A stretch of DNA of 64,000 nucleotides from contig OZ219791.1 of the NCBI GenBank assembly GCA_964291215.2, positions 1,696,001 to 1,760,000 on the forward strand, in the 5' to 3' direction. This document shows, one piece after another, positions 34,944 to 44,588 of this stretch. Each line of letters starts with the position of its first letter. The stretch's first letter is position 1. This DNA comes from Alphaproteobacteria bacterium. GTDB lineage: Bacteria > Pseudomonadota > Alphaproteobacteria > MPNO01 > UBA830. The notes under the pieces are model-generated. The model saw nothing but the letters and a program-made list of their open reading frames with translations. It ran no database searches and had not been told where the DNA came from. A program made the translations under genes and the position numbers.

Positions 34944-36011
34944 CTAGCCTGCCGTTTCGGCGAATGCCGGCATGATCTTTTCGCCGAAGAGCCTGACGGA
35001 GCGTTCGGCATCCTCGAAGGCCATGTCGTTGAAGTTCACCTGCAGCGAGGCATCGTCGAATCCGCCGACGCTGTCGTCGTATTCGCGGATGCAGTCGATC
35101 AGCTGCTCGGGCGTTCCGACCCACGCCGCGTTCTTCTCCACCTGGCTCTCGAAGGTCTCGCGGCTGAGAGCGCTGATCATCCTGTCATAGCCCTTGTAGG
35201 CGTCCGACTGCGTGCCGTCGACCCAGGCGCTGGCCGCGTCGACGAGCGATTTCAGGTAGCGGTTGAGCGGATCGCGTGCGACCCGCACGGCTTCCTCCTC
35301 CGTCTCCGCGCAATACATGTGGAATGCCAGCATGACGCGGCTCTGTCCGGGGTGTCCGGCGGACTTCCACGCCTCGCGGTAGATTCCGATCAGTTCGGCC
35401 ATCTGTGCGCCGCCGATGGGAATCGCCATGATGCGGTTGCCTACCCGTCCGGCCTTTTCGAACGATTCGGGCGTCGTGAACGCTGCCGTCCAGAACGGCG
35501 GGCGCGGCTTGGTCGTCGGACGCGGCAGCGAGGTCACGTTTCTGAAACTGTGGAAGCGTCCCTCGTGCGAGACGTTCTCGCCGGTAAGCAGCAATCCTAC
35601 CTGCTCCATGCCCTCGTCGAACCGCGCCACGCTCTCGTCGAGATCCACACCGAAGCGTTCATACTCATGCGGCAGGAACGCGCGCGCGAAACCGATCTCG
35701 GTACGGCCGCCGGAGATCGCGTCCAGCATGCCGACCTCGCCGGCCAGCTTGAGTGGATTGTTGAACACCGGGAGGATCGCACCGGTGACAATGCGTGACT
35801 TCGCGGTCCGTTGCGAGAGCGCGCTCAGGAACACGATCGGGTTGGGGCTGTATCCGCCATAGGGATGGAAGTAGTGCTCCACTGTGCGCATGTGCGTGTA
35901 GCCGTAGGTATCGGCGTATTCCGCCAGCCGCAGGCATTCGTCGAAATACTGCTGTCCAGACTTCTGGTCCGGCCCCACATCGGGGAAGAACTGCATCCCG
36001 AATTCCATCAT
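34944..36011 (-). CDS. LLM-class flavin-dependent oxidoreductase
   Basis: VEHYFHPYGGYSPNP, PLKLAGEVGMLDAISGGR, WVGTPEQ. Confidence 0.9.
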   Translation of the reverse strand: MMEFGMQFFPDVGPDQKSGQQYFDECLRLAEYADTYGYTHMRTVEHYFHPYGGYSPNPIVFLSALSQRTAKSRIVTGAILPVFNNPLKLAGEVGMLDAISGGRTEIGFARAFLPHEYERFGVDLDESVARFDEGMEQVGLLLTGENVSHEGRFHSFRNVTSLPRPTTKPRPPFWTAAFTTPESFEKAGRVGNRIMAIPIGGAQMAELIGIYREAWKSAGHPGQSRVMLAFHMYCAETEEEAVRVARDPLNRYLKSLVDAASAWVDGTQSDAYKGYDRMISALSRETFESQVEKNAAWVGTPEQLIDCIREYDDSVGGFDDASLQVNFNDMAFEDAERSVRLFGEKIMPAFAETAG

Positions 36012-36131
36012 TTCCCCCTTCCTTGTCCAACCTGCCGGTCACGGCATCACCACGAAGGTACTTTACGGCACAAATTATTCCGTGTACAGAACATTTTTCG
36101 CATCCCTTTCGCAAGCCGGCAGGCCGTAGCC

Positions 36132-36596
36132 ATGAAGTCCGACGAGCTGACCGAGCGGGTCCGCCGCTATTCCCTGAGCAATGCGCCGGGGCATCTGCTT
36201 CGGCGATGCCAGCAGCGCGCGATCGACCTGTTCGTCGATGAGGTTGGCGAGGACGGGCCGACGCCGCGCCAGTTCGCGATCCTGCTGAGCGTGTTCCAGA
36301 ACCGGGGCGTGAGCCAGACCGACCTCGTTCACGCAACCGGCATCGATCGCAGCACGCTCGCCGAGATTCTCCGGCGTCTTGTCGATCGCGGGCAGATCGC
36401 GAGGGCACGGACCAAGAAGGACCAGAGGGCCAACGCCGTGGAGATCACGTCCGAGGGCGAAGCCATTCTGTTCTCCGCTTTCGAGGCCATGGAGCGGGCT
36501 CAGGCGCGGATTCTCGAAGGCCTCGATTCGGACGACCGCAAGCGGGCGATGGTCGTGCTCGCGCAGCTCGCCGGCGACGGCGGGCCGCCGTTATGA
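36132..36596 (+). CDS. MarR family transcriptional regulator
   Basis: PGHLLRRCQQ, TPRQFAIL, IDRSTLAEILRRL, DQRANAVEIT; divergent from the LLM gene. Confidence 0.92.
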   Translation: MKSDELTERVRRYSLSNAPGHLLRRCQQRAIDLFVDEVGEDGPTPRQFAILLSVFQNRGVSQTDLVHATGIDRSTLAEILRRLVDRGQIARARTKKDQRANAVEITSEGEAILFSAFEAMERAQARILEGLDSDDRKRAMVVLAQLAGDGGPPL

Positions 36597-36689
36597 AACG
36601 CCGGCACCGGACCGGTTCGCCAGGTGTCTGCCGCCGCCTGGACCCCCGAGGCCGGACCCATCACTGAACCGATACCCGGGAGAAAGAAT

Positions 36690-37313
36690 ATGCTTCAGCT
36701 CCACACCGCTCCGACATCGAACGGCCTGCGGCCCAGAATCATGCTCGAGGAGTGCGGGCTCGAATACGCCCTGCATGTCGTTGATCTGCAGGCCGGAGAG
36801 CACAAAAAGCCCGAATTCCTCGCCCTCAACCCGCTCGGACTTGTGCCCGTCCTCATCAGCCCCGAAGGTCCGGACGGCAGGGAACTGGTGATGACGCAAT
36901 CCATGAACATGCTGATCGGCCTCTCCTACCTGTCCGGCAAGTTCCTGCCCAAGGAGATCGAGATGGATCCCCTGTTCTGGCGCGATTTCTGGGGGATTGG
37001 CACCGATCTCAACGGCACGTTGATGGCGGCCCTCACGATCGGACGCGAAGCCGAGCCGCACTTGCCGACGATGGACATGTTCGGGCGGCGCCTCAACGAG
37101 TATCTCAAGGTCTGGAACCGGCAGTTCGCGGAGCGGCGCTACTGTGCGGGAGACGAGGTCACCATCGCGGATTTTGCGCTCTATCCGATCATGCTCCGAT
37201 GTCGGGCGGTGGTGCCGCAATATGCGGAAGGCTGTCCCGATATCGATCGCTGGTTCGACGAGATGAGCGCCCGCGAGGGCGTCCGGAAGGCGCTCGATTT
37301 CAGCGGCGCATAG
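36690..37313 (+). CDS. Glutathione S-transferase family protein
   Basis: TSNG...LEECGL...PEFLALNPLGLVPVL; AGDEVTIADFA. Confidence 0.9.
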   Translation: MLQLHTAPTSNGLRPRIMLEECGLEYALHVVDLQAGEHKKPEFLALNPLGLVPVLISPEGPDGRELVMTQSMNMLIGLSYLSGKFLPKEIEMDPLFWRDFWGIGTDLNGTLMAALTIGREAEPHLPTMDMFGRRLNEYLKVWNRQFAERRYCAGDEVTIADFALYPIMLRCRAVVPQYAEGCPDIDRWFDEMSAREGVRKALDFSGA

Positions 37314-37699
37314 CCGGTCATCGCAGGCACGCAGGCGACAGCACGAGCCCGGATGTTTCGCCGGTGCCGCGCATTCCGTGGCATGAGGCGAGCCCGGACG
37401 GCGTGTTGAGAGCGTGGTGAACCGTGAAGCGATTGCGCCGTCCTTTTACCGGCATCCCGGCATTGCAGTCCATCCGATCCGCTTTCCCCTTCCGCCCGGA
37501 TATTCTGACGAAGAACCGCTGCTGGCCAAGGCAGGTCTCCACGCGTGCGGATGAATTCCGGGAGGACCGTTTTTTCGCTGCGCGACCTCGGCCGCTTGCC
37601 CGGCGGGCGAGGCGCCAGTATCCGCTCCGGTCGCAAATCGACCTCGAAGCCGGTAGACTCCGACCGAGTGCGTCTTCGACCAGTGACAGGAACCGCAAC

Positions 37700-38620
37700 A
37701 TGAAAATAGCCATCCCCGATCTCATCTCGAACTCGTACTTTCCTGCCCAGGCGGCCGTTGAACTCGGTTTCTTCGAAAAGGAAGGGGTAGAGGCCAGCTA
37801 CGAGCTTATCTACCCCGTCGCCGCCTGCTACGAGGCGCTGCGGGACGGCCATGCCGACTATGTTGCGGGATCGGCGCATTCGACCCTTGCTGCCTTTCCC
37901 GAATGGCGGGGAGGGAAACTCCTGTGCGCCCTGTCGCAGGGGATGTACTGGTTCCTTGTGGTGCGTGCCGATCTCGACGTGACGCCGGGCGACGCCCCGG
38001 CTCTTAAGGGGTTGCGGATCGGCGCGGCGCCTTGGGTCGATGTGGGGCTCGCGCGCATGCTGAGGGAACTCGGCCTCGATACCGAGAAGGATGTCGAGAT
38101 CGGGCCGGTTCCCGGAGCGTCGGGCGGCGGAATCTCGTTCGGCGTGACCGCAGCGAAGGCGCTTGAGGCAGGGCAGATCGATGCCTTCTGGGCCAACGGC
38201 ATGGGCACCGAGGTCGCGGTGACCCGCGGCGTCGGGACCGTCATGTTCGCTCCCCGGCACGGCCTTGGACCGAAGCCGGCCTTCAACTACACCCAACCCT
38301 CGCTGGTCACCACCGAGGCGCGGATCGAGAGCGAGCCCGACGAGGTCGCGGCCGCGGTCCGCGCGATCGTCAGGGTGCAGGCGGCGTTGAAGGAGGATGC
38401 CGGACTCGCGACGGTGGTCGGCCGCAAGACCTTCCCCGAGACCGAGGCGGAACTGATCGCGCAGGTCGTCGAGCGCGATTTCCCGTACTACGATCCGTCG
38501 ATCTCGGAGGATTTCGTCGACGGCATGAACGCATTCGCGCGCGACATGGGGCTCCTCCATGGCTCTCCGTTCTACGACGATGTCGTCGCGACGCAGTTCC
38601 GCGACCAGTGGGCCGCATGA
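37700..38620 (+). CDS. NMT1/SsuA-like substrate-binding-fold protein
   Basis: AVELGFFEKEGV, LKGLRIGA, ALEAGQIDAF; no signal peptide evident. Confidence 0.8.
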   Translation: MKIAIPDLISNSYFPAQAAVELGFFEKEGVEASYELIYPVAACYEALRDGHADYVAGSAHSTLAAFPEWRGGKLLCALSQGMYWFLVVRADLDVTPGDAPALKGLRIGAAPWVDVGLARMLRELGLDTEKDVEIGPVPGASGGGISFGVTAAKALEAGQIDAFWANGMGTEVAVTRGVGTVMFAPRHGLGPKPAFNYTQPSLVTTEARIESEPDEVAAAVRAIVRVQAALKEDAGLATVVGRKTFPETEAELIAQVVERDFPYYDPSISEDFVDGMNAFARDMGLLHGSPFYDDVVATQFRDQWAA

Positions 38621-38627
38621 CGCCGAT

Positions 38628-39572
38628 TCAGCCGGCGCGGCCCGGGTCCCGGGCTGGAGGCGGGGCGGCTTCGCGGTAGGGGCGCGAGACCATGAACACG
38701 CCGGCAAGGACCAAGATCGTGCCGGAGGCGTGATAGGCGAAAAGCTGTTCGCCGAAGAACGCCATGCCGAACATCGGGCCGAAGACCGGATGCAGGCACA
38801 TGAAGGCCGAGGCCCGGTTGGGTCCGATCCCGAGCGTGCCGCTGTTCCAGCACGCCCAGGCCGCGATGGTGCTGAACAGGGCGACATAGGCGAGGCTGCA
38901 GAAGGCGAGCCCGGTCCACGCAATGCTGTCGCCAAGGCGGATTTCGACCGCGTAGGCGGGCGCGAGCCACAGCATGCCGCCGGCCGAAAGCACCACGAGA
39001 ATCGTCCAGGGCGAGACCGGGGCGGCGGCGCGCTTTAGCAGCACCATGTAGAGTGCCCAGCACACCACGGCGCCGAGCATGAAGAGGTCGCCCCATCGCG
39101 GCTCCAGTTCAAGCAGCGACGCGGCATCCGCGTGCGTCACCACCAGCGCGATGCCGGCAAAGCAGGCGAGGATGCCCAGCGCCTGCCAGCGATTGATGAG
39201 GTCGCGCAGGATCATCCACGAAAACAGCACTGCCGCCACCGGAACGCCGGCATTGATGAGTGCTGCGTTGATCACGGTGGTGTGAAGGATCGAGAAATAC
39301 ACCAGCGTGTTGTCGGCGACGAACAGCGCGCACAGGACCGCAAACGTGACGGGTCGGCGGCGTACGGCCGGCCAGTCCCGCTTCAGGTGCGGGACGACGA
39401 AAGGCAGGACGATCGCGGCCGCGTGGCGCCAGAATGACAACGCGACCGGCGGGGCGTCGAGGTTCGCCCAGCGCCCGACCACGAAATTGCCGCTCCAGCA
39501 CAGGATGGCGAAGCTCAGCAGCGCATAGGGGCTGAAAACGACCCGCCGGACGGCCGCCGCCACCGGAACCAT
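38628..39572 (-). CDS. DMT/EamA family transporter
   Basis: About ten hydrophobic helices; WSGNFVVGR, GDLFML, IGPNRASAF. Confidence 0.9.
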   Translation of the reverse strand: MVPVAAAVRRVVFSPYALLSFAILCWSGNFVVGRWANLDAPPVALSFWRHAAAIVLPFVVPHLKRDWPAVRRRPVTFAVLCALFVADNTLVYFSILHTTVINAALINAGVPVAAVLFSWMILRDLINRWQALGILACFAGIALVVTHADAASLLELEPRWGDLFMLGAVVCWALYMVLLKRAAAPVSPWTILVVLSAGGMLWLAPAYAVEIRLGDSIAWTGLAFCSLAYVALFSTIAAWACWNSGTLGIGPNRASAFMCLHPVFGPMFGMAFFGEQLFAYHASGTILVLAGVFMVSRPYREAAPPPARDPGRAG

Positions 39573-39591
39573 CCGCGTCCGTGACCGGGTC

Positions 39592-41028
39592 TCAGCGGTA
39601 CTTCGCGGGCAGGTGCTTGCCGAATTTCTCGCGGATTCTCGCGTCGAGCTCGGCCGACGAACGCGCGACCACGGGGAACGTGTCCTTGCGGGCGAACGGC
39701 CTGCAGGCGTCGATCACGACCCGCGAATTGCGGCGGTCGGTATCGTCGTCATAGCACATCGGATCGAGATGGGTGCTCCAGCACCCGTTGATGATGTCGG
39801 TGTCGTCGCGCGGGTCGTAGCGCGTGCACATCGCCCAGACGACCTCGTTCATGTTCGCGGGATCGATGTCGTCGTCGACGACCACGGTCCAGCGGTTCGC
39901 GTAGGCGCCGCCATGGCACTGCGACGCGACGAGGCCGGCTTGCTTGGAGTGCCCGCCGTACATTTGCCGGATCGATACCGTGAGCCACATGCGGCTGCCG
40001 CCGGCCTCGTGGGCGTACACGTCCTTGACCTCGGGGATGCCGGCGGCCTCGAGCTGGTTCCAGACCGCGGCGGCGCGGTACGCGCCCATGTAGTAGGTAT
40101 TGTCGTTGGGCGGCATGCCGGGAATGGCGCCGGTGACGATCGGATTGTCGCGGTGCATCAGGGTCTCGATGCGGATGACCGGCTCGGGGCGCTGGCCTCC
40201 GGCATAGTAGCCGGTCCATTCGCCGAGCGGCCCTTCCATGCGCTCGTCACCGGGGGCGATGAAGCCCTCGAACGCGATCTCGCCGCCGGCCGGGACCGGG
40301 AGTCCGGTCTTCGGCATGTTGATGACCTCGACAGGCTCGCCGAGCATGCCGCCGACCACGTCGAACTCGTTCTTGCCGTAAGGAATCTCGAATCCCGCGA
40401 TCATGTACATCAGCGGGTGCACCCCGGCGACGACCGCGACCGGGCAAGGCTCGCCGCGCGCATGGTGTTTCTCCATGATCAGGCGGCCATGCTTGCCCGG
40501 AGACATCATCACGGTGGCTATGCGCGGCTCATGGCTCTGGATCCGGTAGGTGCCGTAATTCACCCAGCCCGAATCCGGATCGCGCATCACCACCATGCAG
40601 CCGGTGCCAATATAGTCGCCGCCGTCATGTTCGTGCCATTTGGGGGCAGGAATGGAACGGATATTGACGGCCTCGCCCTCGATGACGTTCTCGACCAGCG
40701 GACCGCCATTGACCTCGACCGGCGGGTGGTTGGGCGCGTCACCGAGATAGTGGCGCCACCAGGCGATCAGGTCGGCTTCGGAGGCCTCGGGAGGCAGGCC
40801 GAGAGCGATCGCGCAGCGCGGCCGGGACATGATTATGTTTGCTAGCACCCGGTGGCCGCCGGGAAAGCCCGGCACGTCGTCGAACAGCAGGGCCGGGTTG
40901 CCGAGATCGCGCATGTGGATGTCGACGAGCCCGCCGATGTCCTCCTCCGCGCCGGCGCCCGAAATTCGCTTGAGTTCCCCGATGCCATCGATCTCGTCGA
41001 CGAAGTTGCGCAGGTCCTTGTTCGCCAA
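39592..41028 (-). CDS. UbiD family (prFMN-dependent) decarboxylase
   Basis: PALLFDDVPG, DGGDYIGTG, NYGTYR, EGPLGEWTGYY, VVVDDDIDP...VVWAMCTR; TTG start with GGAGAG RBS. Confidence 0.92.
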   Translation of the reverse strand: MANKDLRNFVDEIDGIGELKRISGAGAEEDIGGLVDIHMRDLGNPALLFDDVPGFPGGHRVLANIIMSRPRCAIALGLPPEASEADLIAWWRHYLGDAPNHPPVEVNGGPLVENVIEGEAVNIRSIPAPKWHEHDGGDYIGTGCMVVMRDPDSGWVNYGTYRIQSHEPRIATVMMSPGKHGRLIMEKHHARGEPCPVAVVAGVHPLMYMIAGFEIPYGKNEFDVVGGMLGEPVEVINMPKTGLPVPAGGEIAFEGFIAPGDERMEGPLGEWTGYYAGGQRPEPVIRIETLMHRDNPIVTGAIPGMPPNDNTYYMGAYRAAAVWNQLEAAGIPEVKDVYAHEAGGSRMWLTVSIRQMYGGHSKQAGLVASQCHGGAYANRWTVVVDDDIDPANMNEVVWAMCTRYDPRDDTDIINGCWSTHLDPMCYDDDTDRRNSRVVIDACRPFARKDTFPVVARSSAELDARIREKFGKHLPAKYR

Positions 41029-41079
41029 GACTCTCTCCCCTGTTCGTGGTTCGTTCGCCGGTCCGCGCTGGACGGCGCG

Positions 41080-41931
41080 CTACTGCAGCGCCGTATCTGT
41101 GATCGTGTAGCGGCGCAGCAGCCGATCCTCGTCCCTCGGAAAATCCGTGCGGGCGTGGTTGAGGCACCGGTTGTCCCAGATCAGGACATCTCCAATCGCC
41201 CACTTGTGAGCATAGACGAATTCCGGGCTTTCGGCATGGTCGAACAGCCGCGCGAGGAGCGCGTCGCTCTCGGCGCGGTCCATCCCGATCACGTAGCGCG
41301 TCATCAGGCGGTTGAGGTACAGCGCCTTTCGCCCCGACCCGGGGTGAGCCCGGACCAAATCGTGGGTTGCCGAAGAGCTGTTGGGATCGTTCGCGTCCGT
41401 GGTCTCGTCGCGGAAGGTATCGTCATAGCCGTACATGTTGCGCACCCGGAGGCCCGCTATCCGGTCCCTGGTCTCCTTGTCGAGTGCCTCGTAGGCGGCT
41501 GCAAGATTGGCGAACAGCGTATCGCCGCCGCGTGACGGAATGCGGACGGCATGGAGAGAGGTCGCCATGTAGGGCACGTCGCGGTGGGCGCCGTCCGAAT
41601 GAAACTGCATCTCGCCGTCGGGCAGCGAGCCGATCGGCTTGCCGTTCCTGCGGATGTTGCTGACCAGCATGATGCCGCGCTTGCGGACTTCATCGCTGCG
41701 CGCGCCCGAGCGCACGCGGTAGCCGGTGTCGACGGGACCGAACACGGCCACGAATCGCGCATGTTCGGATGCGGTGACTTGCTGGTTGCGAACGCACAGA
41801 ACGGCATGGCGTGCGAACGCCTCGCGGAGGCGTTCCGCGGTCCGGTCATCAATGGCCTGGCGCAGATCCAGGCCGTGCACGGCTGCGCCGACGACGGGGC
41901 TGAGCGGAGAAATGTCCAGCGCGGCAGTCAT
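41080..41931 (-). CDS. TauD/TfdA family Fe(II)/2-oxoglutarate dioxygenase
   Basis: FHSDG (HxD), GGDTLFAN, WDNRCLNHAR. Confidence 0.92.
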   Translation of the reverse strand: MTAALDISPLSPVVGAAVHGLDLRQAIDDRTAERLREAFARHAVLCVRNQQVTASEHARFVAVFGPVDTGYRVRSGARSDEVRKRGIMLVSNIRRNGKPIGSLPDGEMQFHSDGAHRDVPYMATSLHAVRIPSRGGDTLFANLAAAYEALDKETRDRIAGLRVRNMYGYDDTFRDETTDANDPNSSSATHDLVRAHPGSGRKALYLNRLMTRYVIGMDRAESDALLARLFDHAESPEFVYAHKWAIGDVLIWDNRCLNHARTDFPRDEDRLLRRYTITDTALQ

Positions 41932-42047
41932 CGGTTCCTCCCCGGGGGCAATATCTCCTATTATGCGCCGCACGATGCCGCGAATGTCAAGGTTGCGGCG
42001 CGCCGGGCGCCGCTTCCGGCGGCCTGCGACGAGGAGAGAACGGCCGG

Positions 42048-43040
42048 ATGACGGAATACAGATTGCTGAACTATGCCGGCGCGGCGGGCGAGCCGCGGCC
42101 CGGAATTCTGGTCGATGGTTTGGTCATCGACCTTGCCGATGCCGGCGTTGCCGGCTCGACCCTGGACATGCTCGGGGGCTGGGAGTCCGCGAGCGGCGCC
42201 CTGCAACGGGTGGCCGACGGGGCCTCGTCCTCCGCCTCTTGCCCGCTGGCCGACGTGCGGCTGCTTGCGCCGGTGCTCTTCCCGTCAGCGATCTACTGTG
42301 CGGCGGCCAACTATGTCGATCACCAGAAGGAGATGTCGGGCGGCAAGATGCTCGACAAGGACGCCACCCACCCGTACTTCTTTCTCAAGGCCGGTCCGCA
42401 CTGCGTCATCGGCCCCGGCGCCGAGATTCGCCTGCCGCGGGTTTCAGACTTTATCGATTGGGAGGCAGAGCTTGCCGTGGTGATCGGCAAGCCGGCGCGC
42501 AACGTAAGTGCGGCCGATGCGCTCGACCATGTCGCCGGCTACACGATTCTCAACGACCTTTCGGCCCGGGACATGCGGCCCCGGGGGCGCAGCTTCAATG
42601 TCTACTGGTTCGCGCAGAAGAATTTCGACGGCTCGGCACCGATGGGGCCGTGGATCACGCCGGCTTCCCGGGTCGCCGATCCCCACGACATCGATATCCG
42701 GCTGTGGGTGAACGACGAACTGAAGCAGGATTCGAACACGGAGCACCTGTTCTTCAACATCAGCGAGCAGATCGAATATATCAGCGCGCGAATGACCATG
42801 CGCCCGGGCGACGTGATTGCTACCGGAACGCCGTCCGGGGTCGGCGCGCCGTATGGCGGCCGGCTCCGTGCCGGCGATACGGTTTCGATCGAACTGTCGG
42901 GCCTCGGCAGGCTGGAGAACCCGGTCGTCGACGAACAGGCGGGCCGTACGCCGATACCGGGTGCGGATGGCGCGCGCCCGCCGACGGATCCGTGCGCTCT
43001 GGCCTCTATTCCACTGCGGCGCTGCGGTCGGAGTAGTTGA
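42048..43040 (+). CDS. Fumarylacetoacetate hydrolase family protein
   Basis: DWEAELAVVIGK, GYTILNDLSARD, KNFDG..PMGP, GDVIATGTPSGVG; tail overlaps the convergent yciI-like gene. Confidence 0.9.
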   Translation: MTEYRLLNYAGAAGEPRPGILVDGLVIDLADAGVAGSTLDMLGGWESASGALQRVADGASSSASCPLADVRLLAPVLFPSAIYCAAANYVDHQKEMSGGKMLDKDATHPYFFLKAGPHCVIGPGAEIRLPRVSDFIDWEAELAVVIGKPARNVSAADALDHVAGYTILNDLSARDMRPRGRSFNVYWFAQKNFDGSAPMGPWITPASRVADPHDIDIRLWVNDELKQDSNTEHLFFNISEQIEYISARMTMRPGDVIATGTPSGVGAPYGGRLRAGDTVSIELSGLGRLENPVVDEQAGRTPIPGADGARPPTDPCALASIPLRRCGRSS

Positions 43041-43380
43041 GGGTGACCGTGAAACTTCCTTCGTTCAGCAGCCAGTTCCAGATCTCGAACTCGCGCAGCC
43101 CGGCGGCGTGCAAGGGGTCACCCATTGCGATTTCGCGGGCGTGTTCGAAGGATTTGGCGCGGACGATGATCATGCCGGTGCGCGGCTTGCCCTCTTCCTC
43201 GGCCTCCATCGGCCCGGCGGCGAACAGGATTCCCTGCTTTTCAAGCTCGACCTGGCGTTCAAGATGTTTCGGCAACAGATTCCTGATTTTTTCCTGCGGC
43301 GCACAGGCGCGAGTGAAGATGACGTAGAGATCCATGCCGAGCATGTCCTTGGTGAGCGGCGACGCCGGGGCTACCACCAT
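43006..43380 (-). CDS. YciI family protein
   Basis: HLERQVELEKQGILFAAGP...GMIIVRA...DPLH. Confidence 0.85.
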   Translation of the reverse strand: MVVAPASPLTKDMLGMDLYVIFTRACAPQEKIRNLLPKHLERQVELEKQGILFAAGPMEAEEEGKPRTGMIIVRAKSFEHAREIAMGDPLHAAGLREFEIWNWLLNEGSFTVTLNYSDRSAAVE

Positions 43381-43459
43381 GTCTGAACTCCCTTGGTATT
43401 TTGGCCATTGTCGCGGATAATGGCCGCGGTCCGACCGGAATCAAGCGCACAGGATTGCC

Positions 43460-43762
43460 ATGAGCCTCTACGCCGTCCAGAAACTGATCTACCAGCTCAA
43501 CCGCGACCCCGGGTTTCGCGCCCGGTTTGCGGCAGACCGCGATGCGCTGCTCGAAGATTTCGACCTCTCTGCGGTGGAGACGGAGGCAATCTGCAAGCCG
43601 GACATCGGCCTTCTCTATGTTCTGGGCGTCAACGGCCAGCTCCTCATGCACTATGCCGCGATGGTGGGGTTCGAATGGGAGGAGTACCTGCAGGCCATGC
43701 GCGACGGCGTTGCCGAGCATGGCCCGGTGCGGGCAGGCACCTACGCCATGGTGGGAGACTGA
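43460..43762 (+). CDS. Extradiol ring-cleavage dioxygenase small subunit (LigA/CarBa-like)
   Basis: 100-aa helical protein (FDLSAVETEAI...LGVNGQLLMHY) 3 bp upstream of a LigB-type gene. Confidence 0.8.
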   Translation: MSLYAVQKLIYQLNRDPGFRARFAADRDALLEDFDLSAVETEAICKPDIGLLYVLGVNGQLLMHYAAMVGFEWEEYLQAMRDGVAEHGPVRAGTYAMVGD

Positions 43763-43765
43763 ACC

Positions 43766-44587
43766 ATGCCCCTCGTCTTCGCCGGCGTGTGCAGCCATGC
43801 CCCCGGAATAACCGGCCGTTCCGAGCGGGCTGATCCCGGAGTCCGCGACCGCCTCTACGACAATTTCGACCGCATGCGCCGCGCGATCGAGGAGTCGGGC
43901 GCCGAGGCCATCGTCGTCGTCGGGGCCGAGCATTTCGCCAATTTCTTCATGAACAACATGCCGGCCTTCTGCATGGGCATGGCCGACCGCTACGAAGGGC
44001 CGATCGAGGACGAGGAATGGCTTGGCATCGATCATGCCGACATTCCGGGAAACCCGGATCTTTCACGGCGCCTCATCGAGCGTGTCATGGAAGATGTCGA
44101 TGTCGCCTATGCCGAGGAATGGAAGTTCGATCACGGGATCATGGTTCCGCTTCACTTCGTAACTCCGCGCTACGACCTTCCCGTCATTCCCGTGAACGTC
44201 AACTGCCAAGGTCCGCCGCTGACGCCGCTGCACCGTGCCTGGGAATTTGGCAAGGCTCTGCGATCGGCCTGCGACGCGGCGCCCGAGCGCATCGCTGTCA
44301 TCGGCACCGGCGGGATTTCGCACTGGCCGGCAACCCCCGATTCGGGACGGATCAACGAGAAATGGGACCGCGAGTTTCTCGATCATCTGATCAACAACCG
44401 GCGGGACAGGCTTCTGGCCTACACCGACGGGGATGTCTATCGCGAGGCCGGGCAGGGCGGGTTCGAGATCCGGACCTTCATTGCGGTGGCCGGCGCTACC
44501 GACGGCGCTACCGGCGAGCTGTGGTTTTATGCGCCGATTCCGATCTTCGCGGTGGGCTGCACCGTTGCCGTTTTGGGGGTAAGCTGA
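43766..44587 (+). CDS. Class III extradiol dioxygenase catalytic subunit (LigB/CarBb-like)
   Basis: SHAP, EHF..F, FDHGIMVPL, GTGGISHW, FEIRT. Confidence 0.9.
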   Translation: MPLVFAGVCSHAPGITGRSERADPGVRDRLYDNFDRMRRAIEESGAEAIVVVGAEHFANFFMNNMPAFCMGMADRYEGPIEDEEWLGIDHADIPGNPDLSRRLIERVMEDVDVAYAEEWKFDHGIMVPLHFVTPRYDLPVIPVNVNCQGPPLTPLHRAWEFGKALRSACDAAPERIAVIGTGGISHWPATPDSGRINEKWDREFLDHLINNRRDRLLAYTDGDVYREAGQGGFEIRTFIAVAGATDGATGELWFYAPIPIFAVGCTVAVLGVS

Positions 44588-44588
44588 A

